From the NCBI GenBank assembly GCA_963829835.1, contig CAWHKC010000002.1, forward strand, positions 6,279-70,278: DNA of 64,000 nucleotides. Reading direction: 5' to 3'. The translations under genes were made by a program, and so were the position numbers. How positions within the stretch are numbered: the stretch's first letter is position 1; each line of letters starts with the position of its first letter. The notes below the pieces were generated by a model. The model did no database searches. It was given only the letters and a program-made list of their open reading frames with translations, and had not been told where the DNA came from. Positions 54,863 through 64,000 of this stretch are shown here, in pieces. The DNA is from an uncultured Pseudomonadota bacterium. GTDB lineage: Bacteria > Pseudomonadota > Gammaproteobacteria > Berkiellales > Berkiellaceae.

Positions 54863-56206
54863 ATGCTAGACGAACTAAAAAACATATTGTCACTCTATTT
54901 TTTAATTCCCTTAGTAGCCGTCGTTGGAATCGCTTTTTCGCTACGATTTCGTTTTGTGCAATGCACCCATATGCTCAAAGCATGGAAGTTTTTTATTGGT
55001 GACAGAGATACAACTGGTAACCGTTCTAGCTCATTCAGTGCGGTCTCAGCAGTGCTTGGTGGAAATTTAGGAACCGGCAATATATCTGGGATCGCCGTTG
55101 CTTTAACGATGGGTGGACCAGGTGCTTTGTTTTGGATGTGGGTAATGGCCACTTTTGGAGCCATCCTAAAATTTGTGGGTTGTGCTTTAGGAGTACTATT
55201 TAGACAAAAAGATGAAAAGGGAGAATATATCGGCGGCCCGATGTATTACTTATCTAAAGGTTTAGGTTTAAAACGTACTGGTAAAATTTATTGTCTTCTT
55301 GCTATCTTTGCTGCGCTTACTGTCGGAAATCTTGTACAAATGAATTCACTTGCCTTGCCCTTCACACAAGCAGGTGTTCCACCTCTTGTCACAGGTATTG
55401 GTATGAGCATTATCGTTGCCGCAGTGATTCTTGGTGGCCTGCATCGCTTTTCGGCCGTTGCGTCAATTGTAGTTCCTTTTATGGCGGTAGCTTACATTGG
55501 ATCGTGTTTGCTGATTGTTTTATTAAATCTCGATAAGCTCATACCTGCCATTGAACTTATTATGCATGCAGCTTTTTCTCCCATGTCTGTCACAGGCGGC
55601 GTTATGGGATATACCGTTTTACAAGGTATGCGAGTTGGATTTGACAGAGGCTTATTCGCAACCGACGTCGGTGTTGGAATTGATTCAATCATTCATTCAT
55701 CCGTTGAAAGCAAAACCTCTCTCACCGAGACCGCTTTGACCCAAGGTTTAATAAGCACACTCTCTCCATTAATCGTGATGTTAGTGTGCACCTTAACCGG
55801 ATTGGTATTAATTATGACTGATGCTTGGTTAATCACTGGATTAGAAAGCACAAATTTATGTATTGAAGCATTTAGACGTGGCCTTTCAACCTCTTTTGCC
55901 GGTCATATTATTACCATCACTTTATTTTTCTTCGCTTTTACCACAATTTTAACGTGGTCATTTTGTGCAGACAAAGCTATTGAATTTCTCTTTTCAAGAA
56001 AAATGATCCGCCCATTTCAATATCTCTTTGTTGCTATCATTCCACTTGGAGCACTATTTCATGTCAAAGTTGTATGGACTGTCGCTGACATTTTCATGAA
56101 TTTAATGTTAATTATTAACGTCGTTGGCCTGATTGGTCTTTATAAGCATGTCGCCCTGCTCTATAGCAATCCTGAGAGAAAACGGGTTTACCTTGAGAGT
56201 AATTAA
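54863..56206 (+). CDS. Alanine/glycine:cation symporter (AGCS family)
   Basis: GTGNISG, GGPGALFWMW, GGPMYY and RGLFAT motifs. The track start at 54833 lies inside the hairpin; ATG at 54863 is more likely. Confidence 0.9.
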   Translation: MLDELKNILSLYFLIPLVAVVGIAFSLRFRFVQCTHMLKAWKFFIGDRDTTGNRSSSFSAVSAVLGGNLGTGNISGIAVALTMGGPGALFWMWVMATFGAILKFVGCALGVLFRQKDEKGEYIGGPMYYLSKGLGLKRTGKIYCLLAIFAALTVGNLVQMNSLALPFTQAGVPPLVTGIGMSIIVAAVILGGLHRFSAVASIVVPFMAVAYIGSCLLIVLLNLDKLIPAIELIMHAAFSPMSVTGGVMGYTVLQGMRVGFDRGLFATDVGVGIDSIIHSSVESKTSLTETALTQGLISTLSPLIVMLVCTLTGLVLIMTDAWLITGLESTNLCIEAFRRGLSTSFAGHIITITLFFFAFTTILTWSFCADKAIEFLFSRKMIRPFQYLFVAIIPLGALFHVKVVWTVADIFMNLMLIINVVGLIGLYKHVALLYSNPERKRVYLESN

Positions 56207-56341
56207 ACTCAAACTGCATGGTTTCTCCTGAAATCATGCAGTTCCTCTGCCAATTTAACTCTTTGGTCAGTTAACAGTGTTAAATATGCTATAATAGTCT
56301 TAAAATCCCTGATAAATCATTGATATTTTGGACTATTAGTT

Positions 56342-56863
56342 ATGCGCGATATTATGTTAGAACTGGTTAATCGCCAACAAGATACCTACAAGAACATTTT
56401 CTCAAATCCAGGTTTCCACAACCCCAATTTTCATTACGATTGGTGGATGTTTCCAGTGCATGTGCCTTTACATATCAATGTGAGTGAAACCACCAGAAAA
56501 TTCGCGGTTAACCATCAAGATATCATCGATTTACTACATCATCAGCCATTTATTAATACGTATATCAATAGTATTGAAAAATACCTAAATAACCTGAATC
56601 AATTTGGGTGGAATCATTATGATATTCGATATGCAAAAATGTTAAATTCTTTAACACAATTTATCAAAGTTGCTGAACTACTTAAACATGAACCTGGCAT
56701 GTCAGATATCCTCAATAAATTAAATGCATTAGCACACCGTGCCTTAGTCTATGCCCAAGCAAATATTCATAACCCAAGCGCCTTACTCCAACAAGGCTAT
56801 TCCTCGTTGAGTCAGATATCTCATCATCATGCTACAACGCCCAATAGAAGAAATAATCGCTAA
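56342..56863 (+). CDS. Hypothetical protein, possibly OGFr_N/DUF1810-like fold
   Basis: HYDWWMFP and NHYDIRYAKMLNSL resemble the H.YIQWLFP and NHN.LRITRILKSL motifs of OGFr-like proteins. Confidence 0.6.
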   Translation: MRDIMLELVNRQQDTYKNIFSNPGFHNPNFHYDWWMFPVHVPLHINVSETTRKFAVNHQDIIDLLHHQPFINTYINSIEKYLNNLNQFGWNHYDIRYAKMLNSLTQFIKVAELLKHEPGMSDILNKLNALAHRALVYAQANIHNPSALLQQGYSSLSQISHHHATTPNRRNNR

Positions 56864-56955
56864 TATGTAAATAGTGCAAATGCGCTAATTATGGTTTCTT
56901 TGTTCTGAACTTATTACCAAAACTCATTGTCCTATAAGCATATTTAAACCTATTT

Positions 56956-58212
56956 ATGGTTCGTAATATGCCAAACGAAAACGATGAAAAAGGCACTGTT
57001 TACGCTACTGAAGCTCAGCTAACCCTGGATTCGCAAATACAAAGCGCTCCGGATGGCTCCGTAACACATGAAATTGAATTTCAAGTAAGTTCACAAGAGT
57101 GGGCACGTGCTAAAAAAATTGTAGAACAAAATCCCACCATCACGCAATTTAAAATCAGACGTAAAGATAATGATAATTTATCCCAATCGTTTTTATGTAT
57201 TGATGGAAAACTTTACGCTATGTCTCCCAAAGGAACTAAACTCATCGGTATGGGTGAATTTGGGAAAACAAAGCTAGGGACGGATGAAAATGGCCATATA
57301 GTGGCAATTAAAATACAACATCATATCTTAAAAAATAAAGTAGCGAATAAACACCATTTACCCAAAAAAGAAAAAGAAACTGAATTTGAAGCAGAATTAG
57401 GAAGGTTACATGGATCTTTTAGTAGGGATTCTATCAGTAAAAAAGACAAATCGGGAAAAACATTAACTGATATTGAAGGTCAGGAAAAAAAATATCAAGT
57501 TGTTGAATATTTAGGGTATTCTCTTAGAGACATCCTTAATGGTAAAGTGTTTAAAGAGCCTCTTACGCAAGAGCAAAATATCAAAATTGCACAAGGTCTT
57601 TTACACGCTGTAAAAGCATTTCATGATAAAAATAACCTTCATTGTGACATACATCCCGGAAATATTTGTGTTAACTTTATTAACGGTGAGCCTAAAGTAT
57701 CTCTCATAGATTTTGGACAGGCCGTAAAATTATCAGAAAACAATAAAAATATTCATCTTAGTGCTTATATGGCAAGCAAAAAGGAAAATAATCAACCTCA
57801 AGTTTTCAATAAAGCCATTTTACCACTGGCTGTTCTCAACCGCTCTCACCCCTATTTAAGTGCCTCAACCGATATTTACGCACTTGGATTGATATTTAAA
57901 TACCATTTAAAACTTCCCTTAAGTATCTATGAAAAGATGTTAGATTTTGAAAAGAAAGACGCAGTAATAACACCTGAGTTAATCTCAAATATCACAGCAG
58001 ACTATATATCCTCTCATCAAGAAAAAACGACTTATGCTGACGCTAGTATCCTACAAGACGATAAAAATAAGTTACACCTACCCATAGTGTATGAAAAGAA
58101 ATTGTCTGAAAAGGGAGCTAATACTGACTATCTCACCATAGATGAATTTAAAAAAAGTAGTGAATTGCTCAAAGCTGAAAATGATAAACCAAAAATTAAA
58201 AATAAAAACTAA
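56956..58212 (+). CDS. Eukaryote-like Ser/Thr protein kinase domain protein (candidate effector)
   Basis: IGMGEFG glycine loop, VAIK, HCDIHPGN, IDFG and TDIYALG subdomains. Confidence 0.85.
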   Translation: MVRNMPNENDEKGTVYATEAQLTLDSQIQSAPDGSVTHEIEFQVSSQEWARAKKIVEQNPTITQFKIRRKDNDNLSQSFLCIDGKLYAMSPKGTKLIGMGEFGKTKLGTDENGHIVAIKIQHHILKNKVANKHHLPKKEKETEFEAELGRLHGSFSRDSISKKDKSGKTLTDIEGQEKKYQVVEYLGYSLRDILNGKVFKEPLTQEQNIKIAQGLLHAVKAFHDKNNLHCDIHPGNICVNFINGEPKVSLIDFGQAVKLSENNKNIHLSAYMASKKENNQPQVFNKAILPLAVLNRSHPYLSASTDIYALGLIFKYHLKLPLSIYEKMLDFEKKDAVITPELISNITADYISSHQEKTTYADASILQDDKNKLHLPIVYEKKLSEKGANTDYLTIDEFKKSSELLKAENDKPKIKNKN

Positions 58213-58215
58213 CCA

Positions 58216-59052
58216 CTATGCGCTAACTTCTAGAACATACCCACTATGCTTTCGCATATTGATAACGCCCTTATCAAAAATTAGATATTGTCCTTTAATA
58301 CCCATGAGAATGCCTTCTATGACATCTGTTTTATCAAATGATAATGACGTTACTTTTTGAGGATATTCAATAATGGGATATTGAAATTCAACTAATTGTG
58401 GCTCTTTAATTAACTGAACAGCATTTTCCCCAAAGGACAAAAGCACACTTTTTAAATCGTTTTTGATTTTGTCCAAAATGGATTCACGCACTGTTTTTAA
58501 ATCGATGGTACTATCATGTCCAGTTAACATTTTGCGCCAATTTGTTTTATCTGAAATGAATTTTGCCATAATCACTTCAACAAAACCTGACACTCTTCTT
58601 GTTGATACTTCAAAAAGGGGTATCGCCGCTATAGCGCCTTGATCTATCCATCGTGTGGGTACTTGTGTTTTTCGTGTTATCCCCACTTTAACGCCCGATG
58701 CATTGGAAAGATAAACCACATGCGTGTTCATACAATGAGTTTGCCCCCATTCCGGCTCACGGCAAGTTTCCAAATGAAAATGACAACGCTCAGGTTTTAA
58801 TATACATAAATCGCATTGCGCTAATTGTTGGGTACACGGAAAACAATATCCATCCTGATAGCTTTTTTTAATCGTGCGTTGACAGGCCACACAATTTATT
58901 TGATGAGTAAATGTTAATTTAAGTGTTTTGCCAAGATAGGGATTTAAGGGAAATTGTTCATTGCCTATGGGCAATGTATAAGATACCGGTTGGGTTGCCT
59001 GCGCAACCATTTTTGAAATCTGCCCAACTAACTTCACGATAAACAAGCCCAA
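58216..59052 (-). CDS. DUF2797-family protein (Cys-rich, zinc-finger-like)
   Basis: CVACQR, GYCFPC, CDLCILKPERCH, KVGITR, RWIDQGA and GIKGQYL motifs. Confidence 0.85.
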   Translation of the reverse strand: MGLFIVKLVGQISKMVAQATQPVSYTLPIGNEQFPLNPYLGKTLKLTFTHQINCVACQRTIKKSYQDGYCFPCTQQLAQCDLCILKPERCHFHLETCREPEWGQTHCMNTHVVYLSNASGVKVGITRKTQVPTRWIDQGAIAAIPLFEVSTRRVSGFVEVIMAKFISDKTNWRKMLTGHDSTIDLKTVRESILDKIKNDLKSVLLSFGENAVQLIKEPQLVEFQYPIIEYPQKVTSLSFDKTDVIEGILMGIKGQYLIFDKGVINMRKHSGYVLEVSA

Positions 59053-59107
59053 TGTAGAATTTTGCTTATAATAACAAAATTCTAAGCAAATTCTATTGAA
59101 TTGTGGC

Positions 59108-60148
59108 TTACATTGAGCCGGTATTAGGGAGACGTCGCTGATGTTTTTTAAATTTCAAAATATTTTCTGATATTTTATCATCAACAAGCACTTTAGCACC
59201 CATGACACAGTTACGGCCCATTTCTTTGGCTTCATAGAGCGCAGAATCAGCCGCAGCGACAAGTGCCTCGCTTGCAAATTCCGTTTCTATTTTAGAACAA
59301 GCAACTCCAATACTAATGGTGACAACCCCAAGGTGTGCTCTTTTATTTTTAATTTGTAATGCTTCAACTCCCATACGAAGTCTTTCTGCCACATGCATAC
59401 CGCCAGCAAAGGGGGTATCGGCTAATAAAATGGCAAATTCTTCCCCACCATAACGAGCAACGAAATCAGTTGCACGATGAATGCCCTGCTTGAGCACTTG
59501 CGATACTTGTTGTAAACAGTAATCACCTGCTTGGTGCCCATAGGTGTCATTAAATGATTTGAAATTATCAACATCAATCATCAGCATACAAACAGGTTCA
59601 TTATCACGTATAGCGGTTCGACAGTCTCTTGTTAATGTTTCTTCAAAAGCACGTCGGTTGCCTAAACGTGTAAGGGGATCCTTCAGTGATAATTCCGATA
59701 GCAACTGATTTGAACTCAGTAGCTTTTCATTCACTTCCCGTAATTGTTTACCGAAATCAATTAGGTTTTCACGCATTGCGGCTAATCGTCGCATCGCATG
59801 TATTTTTGCTCGAAGAACAGCAGCAGAAACAGGTTTAGTGAGATAATCATCAGCCCCTGCTTCAATCCCTTTAACGATACTCTCATCGTCAATATAACTA
59901 CTGACAAAAATAATGGGCGTCCATTGAGAAAAGTCATAACATGATTGGCGAATAGCGCGAGTCGCTTCATATCCATCCATACCAGGCATTTCAACATCAA
60001 TCAACACCAAATCAGGTTCATTCTTAGTAAATAAGTCAATGGCTTGCTGTCCATTATCAGCATAAATTGCTTTATGACCCATTTGTTGAAGATAGCCACC
60101 AATGATTTGACGGTTAATGACGGAATCATCGCACACCAAAATTTTCAT
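59108..60148 (-). CDS. Response-regulator diguanylate cyclase (REC-GGDEF)
   Basis: CDDS, LIDVEMP (phospho-Asp), DPLTRLGNRR, RATD I-site and GGEEF motifs. Confidence 0.92.
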   Translation of the reverse strand: MKILVCDDSVINRQIIGGYLQQMGHKAIYADNGQQAIDLFTKNEPDLVLIDVEMPGMDGYEATRAIRQSCYDFSQWTPIIFVSSYIDDESIVKGIEAGADDYLTKPVSAAVLRAKIHAMRRLAAMRENLIDFGKQLREVNEKLLSSNQLLSELSLKDPLTRLGNRRAFEETLTRDCRTAIRDNEPVCMLMIDVDNFKSFNDTYGHQAGDYCLQQVSQVLKQGIHRATDFVARYGGEEFAILLADTPFAGGMHVAERLRMGVEALQIKNKRAHLGVVTISIGVACSKIETEFASEALVAAADSALYEAKEMGRNCVMGAKVLVDDKISENILKFKKHQRRLPNTGSM

Positions 60149-60284
60149 GATTTATTTCTTCGCATGTTAAAATTATTATGAAACTTATAATCTATCCAGT
60201 GTGTTTGATTCACACCGCTATGTAAGAAGCATAGAACAAATTAAAGTTTTTTATGTAAAAGCGTTTATATACTCGGGTGTGAGA

Positions 60285-62093
60285 TTAATGTAATTTCTTT
60301 TTAACATAATCGCCGGGAGCATCTTGAATAATGGGCAATTTACCCTCTCCAGGTATTCTTGGATTCACTTTAGTTCCTCCATGGGGCTTTAACCAATTAA
60401 TCCAATGTTCCCACCAAGAACCTTCTTCTTGGTAGCTATTTTCAAACCAAGTCTCACTATCTGGGTAGGCTTTTGCATCAAGTTCTGTGTGGCGATAACC
60501 ATATTTATGACTAGAGGGTGGATTTATAACACCTGCAATATGACCTGAACCCGCAAGAACAAAAGTGACCGGACCCTTTAAAAGTTGTGTCCCCAAATAA
60601 GTCGATTGCCAAGGGGCTATATGATCTAATTCTGTAGACAGAAAATAGGATGGTGTTGTTACACTATTTAAATCCAACTTCACATTTTTGACTGTAAGAC
60701 CATTACTTGCCAAAAGATTATCTAAATATAAACTCCGCAATAAAAAGCTAACCATTTTCATTGGTAAATTTGATGAATCGCTATTCCAATAGAGCAGATC
60801 AAACGCGTGTGGGGTTTGTCCACAAAGATAATTATTAATATAGTAAGACCAAAATAAGTCATTTGCTCTTAACATATTAAAAGTGGCCATCAAGGCACGA
60901 CCATCTAAATAACCATCACTTTCCATTTTGCTCTCAATAGATGACACCTGTTGGTCATCAATAAAAACTTCAATTTCTCCTGGATCCGTAAAATCAATTA
61001 ATGACGTCAAATAAGTAGCACTTTCTATACGATGATCATTTTTTGCTTTCATATAGGCTAATGCAGTGGCCAATAAAGTGCCACCTATACAAAAACCGAG
61101 TGCATTGACAGATTTTTCGCCGGTTGACAGTTCTATTGCATCAAGGGCAGCTAAAATACCTGACTCAAGATAATCCTCGAATGAAATATCACGATAGCTA
61201 CTATCTGGATTAACCCATGAAATCATGAAAACCGTAAAACCTTGTTCTAAGATCCATTTAACAAATGAATGATCCTCAGTAATATCTAGGATATAAAATT
61301 TATTAATCCAGGGAGGGATAATTAATAGTGGCTTTTGATACACTTTTTGGCTAGTTGGAGCATACTGAATTAACTGCATCATTTTATTTTGAAATACCAC
61401 TTTTCCTGGCGTTATTGCGATGTTTTTCCCAACCTCAAATGCTGAAGCGTCAGTCATTTTAATACTCCAATGACCGTCCCCCTTCACAATATCATCGAGG
61501 AAATTTTTAAAACCCATCGTTAAATTTTCACCTTTAGATTCAATCGTTTTCTTGATAACTTCAGGGTTTGTTTGCATGAAATTGCTAGGAGAGAGTGCAT
61601 CAAGATATTGTCTGGTAAAAAAGGTTATTTGTCTTGAAATTTTCGGATCATGACTTGCATTTTGCTCAACAAATTGCAAACAATGGTGTGCAAAAAGCAA
61701 ATAACTTTGATGTAAATAATAGTAGTATGGTTTTTCTTTCCAATCCGAAGCCCTAAAACGTTTATCAGTTTTTTCTGGTGTAATAAGAGGCTCTTGTTTC
61801 TTCCCTAACATCATGTTTTGAACATGCGTGCATAATTTAAAGTAATCTGTGAAAAATGCCGTTTGAGCTTGAAATATTTTCGACGGATCGCGTGTTAGCT
61901 CACTAAACCATTTTTGGTAGATATATTCCACATTGAATATATCTTGCCAATTTGCATGTGGAACTCTATTGTGATTGCTAATCACTTCACAAGCATTAAA
62001 ATAGGTTTTCATCAGATCCATAGAAGCTTGATTGAGATGCTCTAATGAATCGTCTTGCTTGTTCTCTATTCTATGTCTCATGATGATTGCCAA
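60285..62093 (-). CDS. phaC: Class I polyhydroxyalkanoate synthase
   Basis: PPWINKFYILD, GFCIGG lipase box, DLLYWN, DHIAP and SGHIAG motifs. Confidence 0.94.
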   Translation of the reverse strand: MAIIMRHRIENKQDDSLEHLNQASMDLMKTYFNACEVISNHNRVPHANWQDIFNVEYIYQKWFSELTRDPSKIFQAQTAFFTDYFKLCTHVQNMMLGKKQEPLITPEKTDKRFRASDWKEKPYYYYLHQSYLLFAHHCLQFVEQNASHDPKISRQITFFTRQYLDALSPSNFMQTNPEVIKKTIESKGENLTMGFKNFLDDIVKGDGHWSIKMTDASAFEVGKNIAITPGKVVFQNKMMQLIQYAPTSQKVYQKPLLIIPPWINKFYILDITEDHSFVKWILEQGFTVFMISWVNPDSSYRDISFEDYLESGILAALDAIELSTGEKSVNALGFCIGGTLLATALAYMKAKNDHRIESATYLTSLIDFTDPGEIEVFIDDQQVSSIESKMESDGYLDGRALMATFNMLRANDLFWSYYINNYLCGQTPHAFDLLYWNSDSSNLPMKMVSFLLRSLYLDNLLASNGLTVKNVKLDLNSVTTPSYFLSTELDHIAPWQSTYLGTQLLKGPVTFVLAGSGHIAGVINPPSSHKYGYRHTELDAKAYPDSETWFENSYQEEGSWWEHWINWLKPHGGTKVNPRIPGEGKLPIIQDAPGDYVKKKLH

Positions 62094-62139
62094 TTTCCCT
62101 TTGCTTTATAACTTAACATCCAAGTTGGAAGATAACGTC

Positions 62140-63045
62140 ATGCTGGGATCTGAACTACGCATAGAAATAATCGAAGCTTTCACTTCTATGACACAGGCTA
62201 TCTCAAATTTGTGCATTGCGGCAAAAAGGGAGTCCGAACTTGTTGCTTGGGTTCAAGGGTCAGAACTTAACAACGGAAATTCTTCTTATCCTTCAAATGC
62301 ACGCGAAACAACTGCTCACATCCTAAGCCAATTACAATACACTCCCTCTCAAGCGCCTCGTGAAATACTTGTCTGCCCAGGATTTATTGGAGCCTCCCCT
62401 CATACTTTAAACCTAGCAAGTGAGGTTAATGAGTGCAAAGAGAGATTCAAAAAAAGCGTGCTTGCTTTAAAATCTGAGAAAATGGCAACACTTTGCCCTG
62501 ATTTAACAGAAAAAATGAACAGCATATTATCTCGAAATTTAAATACAGCGTCGACTTTAAAATCAGTAGGCCTTGCTCGTTTACATTTAAAACAATGCTA
62601 TCGAAAAATACCCATTTTGCCGCACATTCCACAAAAAATAAGTTGGACATGGGCGCATACGCGATCTATCAAAAAAATTAGCATTAGTAAAGCACATGAA
62701 ATGTTACTTAAAAAAGGAACTGATGCTGGCATTGAAATGCAAATTGATAAATTAAAACATCTTTCCGCTTTTGAGGAATTGGCTATCGTTCAAGAATTGG
62801 CGCCTCATTTACGGGCAAATATTGTTTATTCAATAGATGACAAAATTCACCGCAGTATGATCAAAGGCCCCATACCAATATTTTTTCCCTGCACACCTGA
62901 AACGCCTTTTCCTCAATTTAAACCGCCTGTTAAAAAGTGTGATAAAGATCAAAATCGATCAAAGCGTTCTGATGTCAGATTAGATCCAACACCTTATTTG
63001 CCGGCTATTAGGGCGCATAGGTATGTGAAAAGTTACATATTATAA
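62140..63045 (+). CDS. tus: DNA replication terminus site-binding protein (Tus)-like
   Basis: By-eye match to E. coli Tus: VNECKERF~INKLKTTF; LHLKQCYRKIPIL..PQKISWTWA.TRSIKKI~LITLNAYRTLTVL.DPATLRFGWANKHIIKNL; PHLRANIVY~VQPIARVWY; PIPIF~PTPLI. Likely start is ATG 62140. Confidence 0.7.
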   Translation: MLGSELRIEIIEAFTSMTQAISNLCIAAKRESELVAWVQGSELNNGNSSYPSNARETTAHILSQLQYTPSQAPREILVCPGFIGASPHTLNLASEVNECKERFKKSVLALKSEKMATLCPDLTEKMNSILSRNLNTASTLKSVGLARLHLKQCYRKIPILPHIPQKISWTWAHTRSIKKISISKAHEMLLKKGTDAGIEMQIDKLKHLSAFEELAIVQELAPHLRANIVYSIDDKIHRSMIKGPIPIFFPCTPETPFPQFKPPVKKCDKDQNRSKRSDVRLDPTPYLPAIRAHRYVKSYIL

Positions 63046-64000
63046 TTACTTGTATTTTTAATACTAACAAACGATTTAGCCTGTTTAGCTGATTCCGTTT
63101 CAGGGTACGTTTCAACAAGCCATCCTAACAACCTGTCTCCATGCACTTTATCGTTTTTCATTAAATAGCATCTTGCTAACAATAATTGCTCTCTTGCTAA
63201 CACTTCCTCGAGCATTTCACTATTATTGTGCTTAATGAGTACTTTTAATATTTTCTCAGCATCTTCGTAATATCCAGCTTTTCTGAAGCGTTGCAATAAT
63301 CCAATAAACACTTCAACATCAAATCGAATAGTAGGTTGTGCTCTTCTCACATAATTTTTAAATACCAAATTAATCATGGTTACAGTAGCTCTTGAGGAAT
63401 CTTTAATTGAAAATATTTTTTGCACGATCTCATGATACTCTTCACTTGAAGGGTTTGATTTAATAATGTTAAAGAGATGAAAGTAGATTTCTTTATTTGT
63501 AGGATATTCCTCCAATAATGGATAAAGAATTTTCTTTGCTGCATTATAATTTAGCAATGAAATTTCATTTACAGCTTCTTTTAATCTACTTTGTAAATCT
63601 GTAGGGCTATCTGGCAACTTGGTTTTATGCTTTTTAACTACAACGGTATTTTGAATTAACATTGCAAGTAATACACCAATTAAGAAGGCAACAGCTTGCG
63701 ATATTAAATCAACTCCATCAAATGCGGCAAATTGCAAAAGCAACATTTGACAAAAAAACCATGATAAAAATACATATCCCGTTGACGCCTCAAAAGAACA
63801 AATTTCACGCAAATTGAAATAATAAAATTTCACTTTTTTAAATCGTGAAAACACTAATAACATACCAATCAAACCGGCAACCCCTCCGCTTGCTCCCGAA
63901 ACCGGGACTAAACTATATGGTGAAATTAAACAATAGATTGAGACCATTGACATTCCGCAAATACAGTAACTAAAGAATAAACCAGCCAGCCCAATTTTCA
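63033..64000 (-). CDS. Rhomboid-family membrane protein with C-terminal TPR-like helices; 5' end beyond window
   Basis: The frame stays open to the window edge (...KIGLAGLFFSYCICGMSMV...). PVSGASGGVAG contains the catalytic-Ser motif; helical soluble C-terminus. Confidence 0.75.
   Translation of the reverse strand, partial: KIGLAGLFFSYCICGMSMVSIYCLISPYSLVPVSGASGGVAGLIGMLLVFSRFKKVKFYYFNLREICSFEASTGYVFLSWFFCQMLLLQFAAFDGVDLISQAVAFLIGVLLAMLIQNTVVVKKHKTKLPDSPTDLQSRLKEAVNEISLLNYNAAKKILYPLLEEYPTNKEIYFHLFNIIKSNPSSEEYHEIVQKIFSIKDSSRATVTMINLVFKNYVRRAQPTIRFDVEVFIGLLQRFRKAGYYEDAEKILKVLIKHNNSEMLEEVLAREQLLLARCYLMKNDKVHGDRLLGWLVETYPETESAKQAKSFVSIKNTSNYNM

Noticed and set aside
60159-60186. Second dif-like candidate (ttcgcat...ttatg)
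   Set aside because: Arm spacing and the XerD arm do not fit the 11-6-11 consensus.
62094-62139. TerB-like autoregulatory site upstream of the tus-like gene
   Set aside because: Only AACAT matches; the rest of the Ter core is absent.

Overview
AT-rich bacterial chromosome segment. Gene content (ankyrin protein, eukaryote-like kinase, PhaC, ArgR/ABC/argG/argH cluster, fadE-fadI-fadJ) suggests a Legionellales/Coxiellales-like, host-associated gammaproteobacterium; this assignment is an inference. Housekeeping blocks: a six-gene beta-oxidation operon with two enzyme sets and a chalcone-isomerase-like gene missed by the ORF track, slt, an arginine ABC + argG x2 + argH + argR operon, a 2-oxoacid:ferredoxin oxidoreductase pair, a reduced minor-pilin locus, pyrD, NAD-glutamate dehydrogenase, M48 protease, hemH, an MFS pump, arylsulfatase, pepN, prkA-yeaH-spoVR, an AGCS symporter, a REC-GGDEF protein and phaC. 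Orphan effector-like genes lie between these blocks. Most notable: (1) a LexA that keeps its DNA-binding domain and an upstream SOS box but has the lexA3-type Gly->Asp change at the cleavage site and Arg in place of the catalytic Lys, so it is predicted to be non-cleavable; (2) tandem divergent ArgG paralogs, one with altered citrulline-pocket residues; (3) a Tus-like protein and a possible Ter-like site; (4) several families of short palindromic repeats, including 31-33 bp units inserted into other repeats. I saw no rRNA, tRNA, CRISPR array or transposase. All homology calls are motif recognition and by-eye alignment, not database searches.
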